Source: Adineta vaga | Lineage: Eukaryota > Animalia > Rotifera | Assembly: GCA_021613535.1 (NCBI GenBank) | Contig: CP075492.1 | Location: 16,802,001 to 16,866,000 of the forward strand | Reading direction: 5' to 3' | Length of the DNA stretch: 64,000 bases | Shown: piece by piece, positions 26,230-38,799 of the stretch | How the letters are laid out: every line of letters begins with the position of its first letter | How positions within the stretch are numbered: position 1 is the stretch's first letter | Program-made: the position numbers and the translations under genes | Notes under the pieces: model-generated | What the model saw: the letters and a program-made list of their open reading frames with translations, nothing else | What the model was told of the DNA's origin: nothing | The model's database searches: none

Positions 26230-29200
26230 GTCGAATTCTTTTTTGATAATGAACAATAGTTTTTCGAAGTTCAGCTTTATAGAAAGTAGATGGTAATATG
26301 AATATTAAAGATGTTATAATTGATGGAATAAATGAAATAAAATATCCCGAAAGATATAACTATGAATCATTATTTGATTTTAAACATTTTGATATATATG
26401 ATATAACTAAACGTGGAATTGAAAGAATAATTAAAACAATTGGTGCAATAAATAAATGTTTATGTTCATGAAATTGTTCACTAAAAATTTGTCGAGTATT
26501 CTTACGATTAGTTTTCATATTTGATTGTTGTTGAATTAATTTTGTTAAAAGAATAATTGTTGAAATTAAATTGATTAAAAAAGGAAGAAAAAATGAAAAG
26601 AATTTAAAATGTGATTATAAATCTGTAGATTTGATGAATAACGAACAATGCACCATATTCGTTTCATATCATTTAAATCTTCATTTTCTTCTTCAATCAA
26701 TTGTCGATTGATTGGATCATGAATATTTGTTCCAATAATCATTAAAATAAGAATACATATAATTAATTTAGCTAATTTTTTACTTTTTTTCTTTTCAAAT
26801 CGAACACCTTGACTAACAGTCATTGCTCTTTCAATAGCAATAAATGCATCTAACCAATGATCAAGATAAAGAGAAATTCGAAGAAAAAAATCGAATGAAT
26901 AACATTGAATTCGTAAGAATGATTGATTTGTTAAAATATTCATTTGTGCTAAAATTAATATCAAAAATTTCAATCCGAACATTATTGTTGTTAATAAACT
27001 CGTTATTGATGTTCCTAATAAATATAAACCATAACCAACTTCTCGAATAATGGCTCTCTGAAATGTAATTAATGCAATAATACTATTGATTAATCCAATA
27101 ATAAAGAAAAATATCGTTAATATTAAACTAAATTTCACAATAGATGATTGAGACATGAAATTTAAATTTGGAATAATATGATAACCTAAAATAGCATCAA
27201 GTGATAAACCAAATTCACTTGTTGTAAATTGACATCGTTTTCCATAATAACATGATTGACAAGAACATATAGATCTAGTTGGACATTTTAAACTATCTCG
27301 AAAGTATTGACCATGATTTTCACAAACATTTTGACTTGAACAATCAAATGTTTGATTATGATTAAATTCAAAACAATTAGCCAAACGTTTCTTAGTTTTA
27401 TGTTGATAACATAAACAAAAATGTTTATCATCATGAAAACAAGAAAGATTTAATGATTGATTTAAACAGGGTAAATGATAATATTTCATTCGACGAAGAA
27501 TATCAAGTTTAACAAATGTTTCATTAAAGATTTCATTTATTGAAGGACAACGATCTGATGGATTAATTGTTATTAATTCATCTTTCAATGATATATTCTT
27601 ATTTAAAACAGAATAGAAATAATAATTTTTCTTCGAATTCTCTAAGAAAATCAAATGAAATATTTGTGACCAAAATAATGTTATTATTTTCTGTTGAAAA
27701 TGATGAATTGGTTGAATTATTGTAGTTCTTATCGGATTAGCATCTTTTAATATTTGAATAAAATGAATAAATATTGATTGAAAAAGAATAATATCATCAT
27801 GAAATGATATTCTTAAATGATAATTTTCTTTTAATTCACATCGATCTCCACGATAACCTTTTAAACAAATACAAATAAAGCTTTCTTTCAATGTAATCTG
27901 ATCATTGTATACAATACACTGACCATCATTTTGACAGGTCGAATTTTCCATGTCACATATGAAATGAGTAAGAAGACATCGAGGACCAAACTTATTCCTA
28001 GAGCAAATACATATCGATCGATTATTTACAGTTTTTCCAAGACATAATGAATCGGATGAACATGTATAAGTATGTTTAATATGACAAAATTTCCCAGACC
28101 ATCCTTCTTTACATTGACAAAAATATTCATCTATATTGGAATATTTCATACATTTTCCATTTTGACAAGAAATTAGAGAACATTTTGGGGAATTTTCATT
28201 TTTTCCTGGAATTTCAATGATCATTGGTAAACGATAAACAGATAGAAAGACAAATATTAATGGATATAAATAACTAGCTCGATATTCTAACGAATGTTTC
28301 TGATAAATATCAATATGTATAAAATATTGTTTTGTTGCATCATTTGATCGATTTGAATAAAATAAATGATTGTTGAATTTTGCTTGACAATGTTTAATTG
28401 ATAAATAATTATATTGTTCAAATGAATGAATATTTCTTTCAGTTGTATTATCAATAAGCAATATATTAATACTAAATAATGTTTGCCAAGAATCAGATAA
28501 TGTTCGATATTGAATTTCAAGACTAATACGTTGTTTTTGATATTGACATTGTGAACCATAATAGGTTGGTGAACAAAGGCATGTATATCTTTTCGAACTA
28601 TTTTTACTAGTTGCCCAAATACGAACACCAATTCCGCCATTACAGGCATATTCAGATACATAGTTGAATGTAAAAGGTGGTAAAGTGACAGTTATCGAGA
28701 ATTCATTCGTTTTGCTTGGAATTATCGTTCCATCATGATTGTGATTTATTGAAAAATATTTTCATTTATTCGACAGACATTGCCACATTGTATTCATGCA
28801 AAAATCAGCAATAAAACCCAATGATCGATTGTCCATTTTTACCATACAGTTCTTTATTGGTCTAAACGATATTTCGGAAGACCAGGTCATATGTTCGAGA
28901 CACCTGCATGGTTCACTAATACACTTTTCAACAGTTGATTGAGAGGTACAATGAACTTCTTGGTCAGAAGGACATAGATTTGGTTCATCAAAAGTATCGT
29001 AACAATCAATTATACCATTATTGATTTTTTCAATAGGTAAACATATCATTTGTTTTGTAACAAATGAAATACACGCATGAAAATTTAAAGGACATTTTAA
29101 TTTCAAATTTGATGGACAATCAGTTTCATCTTGACCATCTGGACAATTCCATATTCCATCACATTGAGTATAATAATTATTACATTCCCAATATTCACAT

Positions 29201-30718
29201 TCAGTTTCATCTGTTATTAGTTGATTATTAGTAAGATTTTCATAGATTTCTGTATAACCATCACATAGAGTTTGAAATGATAAAACGTGTTTATCGCCTA
29301 TGGCCAGATTTGGTTCGTCTTCTGTATAAATAAGTCGTTCAATCATACAGTGTGGGTATCCATCATTAACTTCTCTCTTAAGAATAAGTTTATTAAGCAT
29401 TGGACATTTAAACTGTTCATGTTGTGGTCGTAGTTTTATAAAATAGTCATTTTTGTTAAATATATCTTCATCATCGAGATAAGGACAATCAATATGTTTA
29501 TCTCTGAAACGAAACGCAGGAATACATTTAATTGATCCAAAACATTGATACATATCTGGTTCACGACAAAAGATTGAAGATGAATTAATACTTAGGTGAT
29601 AACTTCCATAAAACTGATACACTTTATATAATATTCTATTAAAATCCAATTCAGTACTTGATTGTATAATATTATTATTTTTCAGAAACTTCTTTGACCG
29701 AAAACATGTTTGATTATTAAAAACGATAACTGTTACATCGTTGGAGAAATTTTGATATTGAACAAGATTAAAACAAATATATGGATAACGATAATTTTGA
29801 ATAATATCATATTTCGCATAGAGTAAATATATATCAACGGATAAAATTGAAATATTTGGAAAATAGAAGAAATCGGGACATTGACTTTCAATTACAATTT
29901 TACATCGATCATTTTTGCACATATCTTTACACAATTTGAATGTATTATCGGGTACTTCAAGAATACATTTCATTGCTAATTGACAGTCGATTGAGATTGA
30001 ATTATTTTCTATTGAATAAAGTTTTTGGATTAAAACTTCATTTCGTCCATTTTCACAAGAACGTGAGAAAAACAAACGTGGGCAAAATATAAAATCGTCT
30101 CCAAAAAACGAAAGAACAACGTGTAGACCTTCATCAGAATGATCAAGACAATCACGTGTAAATACAAGATCGTGATAAAATTCTAATGGTATACATTGTC
30201 CATTATTGCATTGAAATTCATTATCTTTACATTTATTCATTTCTAATTGCCAACAATGTTGTTCATCAATTCCATTATTAAGACAATCAATTTTTCCATC
30301 ACAAATTTCAGTCCAATGTAAGCATAAGAAATTCAATCTGTAATTGCAATTCAACTCATTGTAACATGTTAAATCCACTTTCATAAATCGAGTCATAAAA
30401 TAGAAATCCAGAATCAGTTTGCTGAGAATTTCATCAGAAGATACTGGAAATTCAAATTCTTACTGACACATTCGACGAAATTTTGGCAGCGAACAATTAT
30501 AATAAATCGTTTGTCCAATTGACGAATCATTTGATGTCTGATAGTTGATTTAGATAAGATTGATAATCTTCAATGAGATCAATTGGTGCAGACCAAAGCA
30601 ATAATTGTTGAGAAGTTATGTTATTCTTCGCGAGATTAGCAAAAGTGAAGTTTGGAAAGGAATTCTTTTCATCAATATGCAACTGTGATGGTACTTCATT
30701 TAAACAAAAATAAAACAT
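26230..30718 (-). pseudogene. LDL-receptor class A / EGF-repeat GPCR with several frameshifts
   Basis: LDLa repeats (ICDGKIDCLNNGIDE, CDGIWNCPDGQDE), EGF repeats (CQCKEGWSGKFC, CICLKGYRGDRC) and a 7TM with AIERA, split over ORFs 30527-30718, 28762-30396 and 26575-28461 plus a downstream frame. Confidence 0.85.
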
Positions 30719-31072
30719 TTCATATTGCTCTGTTACAGAATTTGCTTTTGAATTTGTTCCGTTTAGAAAAGCTTGTGAAAATGTTAATCTTTGAAAGACT
30801 ATCTCAGAATGAATTTAAAACAAGAAGAAAACCCTAAAATCGAACAATATTTTCATTCAAAAGAAAAGTCTTGCAACAAAGGAATCGTTAATTTAGTGAA
30901 ATCCATCTTTAAAATTTGAATCTTGACGATTTTCAGTGATAAATTCGTTTTTCAGCGAGAAATGTCTTATGTAATTTCACCGTTAGAATATCTCTAGTAT
31001 TTTCAATAAAGGAAGTGCGAAAATGCTGTCGATACCAACGTGCAGTGGACATGTCACAGTACTGATATCATG

Positions 31073-31126
31073 CTTGAGGGTGTGGGTGTGAGAAACAGAG
31101 GAATAGTCACACCCACAGCCACCCTC
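31073..31126. repeat. Telomere-like inverted junction element (two arms)
   Basis: cttgagggtgtgggtgtga-gaaacagaggaatag-tcacacccacagccaccctc. Confidence 0.9.
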
Positions 31127-31390
31127 TTCCGCGGGGAAATAACCCTGAACATAGATGTAATATCAATAATGAAATGCAAAAATTTCAATTATTTCCCCTA
31201 TATTTTCATTTTCTTTTCCCAATAAAAAATTAGATAACCATAACAAACAATGTTAATGTAAAAAATGAGAATGTCACACTTCCCTGATTTTTTTCACGTG
31301 TTTCGTTGTATATTTGTACCTGTATGTGTAAACAAGACATTCACCGTATATATTTTTCAACATTTTATTTTCAATTCACTTATTCTCATA

Positions 31391-32229
31391 ATGGCATGCT
31401 ATCGAGTATATTCTCCATGTTTTTGGTCAAGTTCATGTGATGAACTAGATTGTTCTGATTCGGACTGTGATTGTGATTCTGATTGTGATCTATGGGATTG
31501 TTATTGTGATACATCTTCAACAAATAAAACAGCACAAGCAAATAAATCAGAAAATACAGACATAAAGAATAACAAGAAAGATCTGGAACCAACAGCAACT
31601 CCAACAAAACTCGAAAAATTCTGTATTTGTGTTGATGTAGCTGGATTTGATCAAAATGCAGTTCAAACAAAAATTAAAAAAGGAAAAATTATTGTCGAAG
31701 CTAAGCAAGAAGAATATGGTTGTGTTATTCGACAAATTAAAAATTCATATGAATTACCCGAATATGCTGGTAAGTACCAATTCAATTTTGAATTCATCAG
31801 TTTTTTTTATTTACTGAATCTATAGATGCAAGACGTATGACTTCACGTATGATCTCAAGAAATAGACTTCTCATTGAAGTGCCTTATGGTAGTGTACAAA
31901 ATGAAACTCATCTTCAATCAACAGAAAATATAGAAAATCAAAATTTAACACAGTTGAATGGATCAGATGATTCTACAGGTTCTGATATAAAACAGGTGAT
32001 AGATGCAGATTGGCATCCACGTATTGTTGATCAAAATGATAATACAAAAATATTGGAAATGACACCTGATGTTTCCATAAAAGATAATTAATTAATTAAA
32101 CACAATGAAAAAAATCATTTAAAACGAGAACGTTTCTTTCAATCAACCACATTACCATCTGGTGTAGATACAAAACAATTTAATAAAGATGAACAATTAA
32201 ATATTCAAATCTCACTTACACTCGACTAA
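31391..32229 (+). CDS. Small heat-shock protein (HSP20/alpha-crystallin), second domain damaged
   Basis: KFCICVDVAGFDQNAVQTKI...IRQIKNSYELPEYA, GT-AG intron 31770-31825, then LLIEVPY; second domain remnant (FFQSTTLPSG) after a stop at 32089. Confidence 0.75.
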
Positions 32230-32306
32230 ATATAAACATAGATTTTTGATCATATTCTGTATATTTGTACTTTTATTTTAATTTATAAAAAAAAGAATAC
32301 ACTCGA

Positions 32307-32967
32307 TTATAAATGAAGGTGTTGTTCTAAATTAGATATTTTTTCTTTAGATTCATATGAATTTAATTGATTATTCGATGTTGAAATATTATGTAAGCGT
32401 TTGAAAAATTCTAATGCTTTCGAATAGTATTTTTGATGTTCGTAAGTACTAGCAATCTTATTGTATAATTCCATTAAAATCAGATGATCGAACGATAAAC
32501 ATTTTTCTTCAATTTCAGTTGCTTTATTATAATAAAGAAGTGCATTGAAGTGCTCTTTCATGTTATCATAAACTGAACCTGTATATCTATAAGTTACACC
32601 AATATATGAATGATCGAATGGAACAGACTTTTTGAGGATTTCCAGTGCTTTTATACAATAGGAAAGTGCAATTGAATAATTTCCTATCTTATTATTTAAT
32701 TTACCAATATTTTCATTAATAATGGCAAATTGAAGATGATCAGGAGAAAGACTTTCTTCAAATATTTTCATTGCATATCGATAATTTAATAATGCATTTG
32801 AATAATCTTTCATACTATCGTAAAATCGTCCAATATTATTGTATCCTATACCTGTATGAGGATGGGTGGAAGGAAGAGATTTTTGCTCTATTTCAAGTGC
32901 TTTCTCATAGAACTTGAGAGAATCTGAATAGTCTCTAAGTATGTTTTTTATAATTGCAATATGATTG
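32307..32967 (-). pseudogene. TPR-repeat protein, 3' fragment truncated by a transposon
   Basis: Repeated YxNIG...YSxALxxYxKALEI units; the apparent N-terminus of ORF 32307-33023 is transposon TIR sequence. Confidence 0.85.
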
Positions 32968-32969
32968 TA

Positions 32970-34281
32970 ACGGGTGCGGCAGAATAAATGAGCCTCTCCG
33001 TATTTTTCGGATAACTCGCTCAAATTTCATTGAATCCACGTGATTCTTTTTCCGATCGATTCGTCTATCGATTCTCTACAAAATTGGGTACTTTTCGTTT
33101 GAGTCAATAAATCTAATCACTTTCCGAATAATGAAAAGTAAAGACGTACAAAAAATCGTACTTTCAAAGTACCAGAATGGTGATACTCCGACAGAAATCT
33201 ATCGCGATTTGAACGGCGGAGTCAGTCTAGCAACAATCAAAAGATGGTGCCAAATGATCCGACGATCCGGCGGTATCAAACTAGCAAGTCCACCCGGTTG
33301 TCCACGCATTGTGAGAACCAAGGAAAACATCCGAAAAATAAAGAACCGTTTACGCCGTAAAGAAAAGAGTATCAGCCCGAAAACTATCGATGGAGCTCGA
33401 TATTTCTGATAGGAGTGTTCGGCGAATATTAAAAACCGATCTAGGGCTACGTCCCTATAAGAAAATAATCGAACCGGCGCTTTCTGATGATCAGAAAGTT
33501 AAGCGAAAACAATTTGCGATTTGGGTTCGAACAAATTTTCAAAAAAAAGAGACTTTGAAAAATCTCTTTTCTGACGAGAAATTTTTTGACATCGATGGTG
33601 TCTATAATTCTCAGAATGATCGAGTGTGGGCGGTAGATCGTGCTGATGCCGATAAAAAAGGTGGCGTTAAGCAAAAACGGAAATTCCCACAGAAAGTAAT
33701 GGTGTGGCTGGGCGTCTGCTCTGAGGGTATCACACCCTTGGTGATAATAGATAAAGGAACTGTCGATCATGCTTGCTATATCGAAAAAGTGCTTCCTATA
33801 GCCTTAGAGTATGGCAATAAGGTCTTCGGTAATGACTGGATCTTTCAGCAGGACGGCGCAAAGCCACACCAACATCATTTAACGCAACAATGGTGCCGCG
33901 ATAACTTTCCATCATTTATTGACAAGGATCGTTGGCCTGCAAATAGTCCGGATTTAAATGCTCTAGACTATTCAATCTGGGACGAATTTGCCAACGCTAT
34001 CAATTGGAACAAAGTCAAGTCAAAAACAACATTGATTCAGCAATTAAAATCATCAGTGGAAAAGATTCGCGAATCAGTTGTCTTTGAAAGTTGTGCTAAT
34101 TGGACCAGTCGATTGTATCGCGTTTCTCAAAATGATGGGAACTATTTAACATAATAAAAGAAGATAATTGTTGTAGAACTTGATAAGACGAATGTTTTAA
34201 AAAAAGATCAGCTTGATTCGATGGAAAATGGAGGAGTTATTGCAAAAATACGGAGAGGCTCATTTATTCTGCCGCACCCGT
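32970..34281 (+). mobile_element. Tc1/mariner-superfamily DNA transposon, DD37D (maT-type), transposase frameshifted
   Basis: TIRs acgggtgcggcagaataaatgagcctctccgtattttt and reverse complement, flanked by TA; ORFs 33131-33409 (HTH) and 33390-34154 with FSDEK, FQQDGA and SPDLNALD; 37 residues between the 2nd and 3rd Asp. Confidence 0.92.
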
Positions 34282-34283
34282 TA

Positions 34284-35730
34284 TCATTACTATCAAAATT
34301 AACAACAACTATATCAACATTAATATCATTATCAAAATCTCCAACAGTTGCTGCATATGGATTAGCTCCAGATGAATACGCTCTTTCATATGTAAATGGT
34401 CCATCCTCAGATCCAAGACCAATGATCATTATACCACTATTATAACCAAGAATTATCAAATCTGATATCAAATCATGATTAATTATAAATCTGGAAAAGT
34501 ATTAATATTAAAATAGTCTATATATGGAAAACCTTGAAAATATCCATGAAGAATATTAATATTTCTCGTATCATTATTAACAATAATTGCATCTAATCTT
34601 TTATCTTTATTTAAATCATATAAAGCAAATGAAATTGATGAAGAAGATCCTGTTGATCTCATTATTTCTTCTTCGAAACTTCCATTGTTATATCCAAGAA
34701 ATAATCCAATATTATTCTTTCCGATATTAATAATAAATAAATCAAGATGATCATCTCCGTTAAAATCATCAATACCAATTGAATATGGAGAAACAGGATC
34801 TATTGAATAAAATTTGTGTTTTGAAAATATTCCTTCACCATCACTTAACATGATACATATCATATTTTTACCAGAATTTGTCACAACAATATCAAGTTGA
34901 TGATCAGAATTAAGATCTGCAACAACAACGGAAGTTGGATGAGAATTTATTCCAGTTGAAATCATTATTATGATTCGCATAGAATATTCCAATATTATTT
35001 GTTCCCTAATTGGTAACAACAAAATCTAATCGATTATCATTATTTAAATTGCCAGTAGTCAATAAATATGGATAAGAATCATAACCCGTTGAAAAAGTAA
35101 TCGAGTTTGAATAAAATTCATTTGAATTTTCATAAAAAATCGTAAAACTATTTGTACCATAATTAATAACAATTATATCACAAAATGAATCTTCATTTAA
35201 ATCAATTAAATCAATTGATATTGGTTTTGATTTTCCTGTAAAAATTTCAATTTGATTTTCAAATGATCCATTACCAAAACCATAGAAAATTCCAATTGAA
35301 TGTTTTCCATAATTAGCTACTACAATATCCAGATAAGAATTCCTATTTAAATCATGAATAGCAACCATCATTGGATTTGAATTAATTCCAGTTGAATAAT
35401 AAAATTCTTTTGAAAATGTTTCATCATTTAATCCAAAATAAATATCAATTTGATTAACAAATGAATTAACAATAACCATATCCATCCACGAATCATTATT
35501 AAAATATACAATAGCAACTGATTTGGATTTTTTCTTATAAAATTTAATTCACATTGTTTCACTAAAAAAATAATCAAAACACATCTTCATCATAATTCTA
35601 TGTGTTATAGAAAAAAAGAACAAACTTTCTAGTTTCGCCGTAGTTAAACAAACGATTATAATTGCAGTTGTGATTAGAGTCATCACAACGAAAGAAACCA
35701 GTAAAATAACAACGAGTTGATTCCATGAAA
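34284..35730 (-). pseudogene. FG-GAP/VCBS repeat membrane protein, truncated and frameshifted
   Basis: Multiple DLNxDxxLDIVVxN repeats across ORFs 35006-35485, 34483-35022 and 34284-34471; hydrophobic N-terminal segment at 35620-35730. Confidence 0.8.
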
Positions 35731-35732
35731 AT

Positions 35733-35818
35733 TTGAGGGTGTGGGGTAGGTCTGGGTCTGGGTGTGTTTATTCTGTACTCTCATCTACACCTACACCCGG
35801 ACCTACCCGCACCCTCAA
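35733..35818. repeat. Telomere-like inverted junction element (two arms sharing a private GGTAGGTC variant)
   Basis: ttgagggtgtggggtaggtctgggtctgggtgtg-spacer-ctacacctacacccggacctacccgcaccctcaa. Confidence 0.9.
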
Positions 35819-36229
35819 CCACTCTTGATCCAAACATAAGGGCCACTAATATATTTCTGCAAATGTATTTAAATCTTAATAAAGTTGAAACACAATCCTA
35901 AAACACAAACAAAAATATTTATATGATCAAAGAAACTCACTAAGAAATCCGAAATAGCCTTTGGTCTACAAAAGAAATTGAAAAATTAATTTAAAATCAC
36001 AGCTTCTAGACACATATTCACTATATCTCTGATGGGATAACGAGGGAATCATATAACTAGCTAGTCCATTCGTCGTTAGAGCATCAACTACCAACTATTA
36101 TAGAGCAGAAAGAGAAAAGGCAATAAAAAGAAAACAGGTTCATCCACTTAAAACCAACATTACATACCTTATTCAAATCACGGTACAACAAAAATATTGC
36201 ATCACATTTTTGATTCCAGTGATACTCAA

Positions 36230-36445
36230 CGACGATATAGAAAAATTACTGACGGACGATCTACATGAATGTTGACTAGTGGTTTAATAAAGTCGTTGAT
36301 AATATCGAAAAAACTTCTGACGGACAGTCTATATGAAGATATGGTAGTCACTCAATAACAGTCATAGATGACATGATGAAATTTCTTACAGACGGTCTAT
36401 TTCGAAACGGGCTAGTCACTCAATGATGGTCATTGATGATATAGA
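36230..36445. repeat. Diverged ~68-bp tandem repeat, about 3 copies
   Basis: tgacggac/tacagacg and tagtcactcaat motifs recur at ~68-bp spacing. Confidence 0.5.
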
Positions 36446-36589
36446 TGATTCCTTACCTCACAGTCAGTATAAGTTCAGACTACCTGCATTCTTCAGAGTT
36501 ATCACTTATTTTGCACTCCGAAGGATTTCTGATATCATCTATAGATTTCGTACGGCTCATACGGCAGTATAACCAGTTTCGTATTACTG

Positions 36590-37560
36590 AAAAGGATTCG
36601 GTATTCATTGCCCGAAATCCTGGAGAGTTCTGTAAGAAATTAGGAGGTTCCGTGTCTATTCCGCCAAGCCTTCAAGCGCTCTGTAACTGGTCAGAAGGTT
36701 CAGTATTCATTCCGTGAAACCTTGAAGGGTCTTAAAAGTTATGGGAAGGTTCTGTATACATTCCCCGAAACCCCGGAGAGTTCTGTAAATGGTAACAGAG
36801 TTCAGTATTGATTTTACGAAACCCTGAATAGTTCTGTAAGTGGTCGGAAAGTTCAGTATTCTATGTGCGAAACGTTGCAGGCTCTTTAAATGATTGGAAG
36901 ATTCTATGTAGTTTCCTCAAAACCCTGGAGAGTCCTGTAGTTGGTTCGAAGGTTCAGTATTCATTCCGCGAAACATCGGAAGGTTGTGTGAGTGGTGGAA
37001 AGGTTCAATATAATTTCCTTGAAACCCTGAAGGATTCAGTAAGTAGTTGTGAGGCTCGTTGTTCATTTCGCGAACCCTTGGAAGGATCTTTAAGTTGTTG
37101 GAACGTTCCGTATAGTTTTTCAAAACCCTGGGAAATTCTATATGTGTTTGGAAGGTTCAGTATTCATTGCCCAAAACCTTGTAGAGTTCTGTAACTAGTT
37201 TAAAGTTTCAGTATTCATTCTACGAAATCCGGAAGAGTTTAGTAGATCTGATGATGGTTCGATATTCTCTTTACGAAGCCATGCACAGTGCAGTAAATGA
37301 TCTAAGAGTTCGGTATGAAGTTGACGTAACCAGAAACAGTTCCGTGCATTACTTAATCGTTCAGCATGAATTTTACGAAACTTTTGATCGTTTGATTGAT
37401 CACTTGGAGGTTTGGTATGCTTCTTACCAAACCACACTGAGTTTCATAAAGTTTCGGAGGGTTCCGTGTACACAGTGGGAAACCGTTTTAGTTTCGAAAA
37501 TAATATAATAGTTCAGTATAGTTTTACGTAACCACTCATGGTTCCGTAGAAGATGCACGA
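36590..37560. repeat. Highly diverged 51-bp tandem array, about 19 units
   Basis: Periodic aggttcagtattcatt...cgaaacc...gagttctgtaa; 17-aa periodicity visible in ORF 36865-37194. Confidence 0.8.
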
Positions 37561-37849
37561 AACTATTCTAGCAACTACGAAATCTCAAAATGCTTTACGG
37601 AACTATCAATGGTTTTGTATCAAAGATTCTAAACTAATAAAGTTCAGTACAAGATGCGCGGAATTTCGCTAATGTTTCGATGTTTGACTTCAGAACTTCC
37701 GTGAAATTTCGGAGCTTAACCCTTTTTGGCCGGCTACCAGAAGACAACAAGAAAAAGATGTTAATTCTGCATATTCTCTGTGTTCTATGTATGAGGACTA
37801 TGGAGTTTTAGCGCCAAGTTTAAAAAACTAGCATTGAGCCGTATGTCAG

Positions 37850-38442
37850 CATGTTGCCTTTTGATAACATCCGGCCGTACGAGTACAAACAGGTGAGACA
37901 ATTCACTCCATTGTCCTCCACGGAAGCTTAGTAATTTAGTATTAAGTGTGTTCTATATTATCAAAAGAGAACATATTTAGCTCATCTGTCCATCTCATGA
38001 AGCGTCGCAGTGCAATATATTTCAATAAAGCCCCAGTATTGACAGAATACTATGAATTTCATCAGTTCGGTCGAATTCTCTTACGATCACTTACCAAATC
38101 AATGAGCTACTGTCGAAATTTGTGATGTTTTATGATAGATAGTTCTCACAACAACAGTATGGTGTGCTATAAATCTTGTCGGAAACTCATTGATTTGGTG
38201 AGTGATCGTAAGAGAATTCGACCGAACTGATGAAATTCATAGTATTCTGTCAATACTGGGGCTTTATTGAAATATATTGCACTGCGACGCTTCATGAGAT
38301 GGACAGATGAGCTAAATATGTTCTCTTTTGATAATATAGAACACACTTAATACTAAATTACTAAGCTTCCGTGGAGGACAATGGAGTGAATTGTCTCACC
38401 TGTTTGTACTCGTACGGCCGGATGTTGTCAAAAGGCAACATG
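37850..38442. mobile_element. Fold-back element with 257-bp near-perfect inverted arms (MITE-like)
   Basis: 37850-38106 is the reverse complement of 38186-38442 with few mismatches; 79-bp spacer. Confidence 0.85.
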
Positions 38443-38799
38443 TGGATATTCTGTTATTCGAGCAAACTGATTAATTCATTTTAGAAGTCTAATAGACAGC
38501 GGAATTAGATACGAAAATTACCCACTAGTCACCCCCACATCCAGTAGTTAGATAAGTGATACGGAGATCATTTCCATTCGGAAGCGTTTTTAGATGTTTT
38601 GGGAAAATTTATCCCACTCGCTAACAGTTGGATTTTTCTTTCTTGTAAGTGCATAGATTTATGCTAAAATACATGCAGATAATTATCGAACACTTTCAAA
38701 AACTATATCTCATCGCTTTAAGATAAATCTTGGACAAACACTAATAAAATGTTGCCAAATGGCAACATGCGTAAAGCGCATATAAGCGAGTGTCACAGA

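Noticed and set aside
32968-33023. Apparent N-terminus of the TPR ORF, and likewise the C-terminus of ORF 34208-34471
   Set aside because: Both are read-through into the transposon TIRs.
36590-37560. Possible CRISPR-like repeat-spacer array
   Set aside because: The variable parts are homologous between units, so this is a diverged tandem repeat and not unique spacers.
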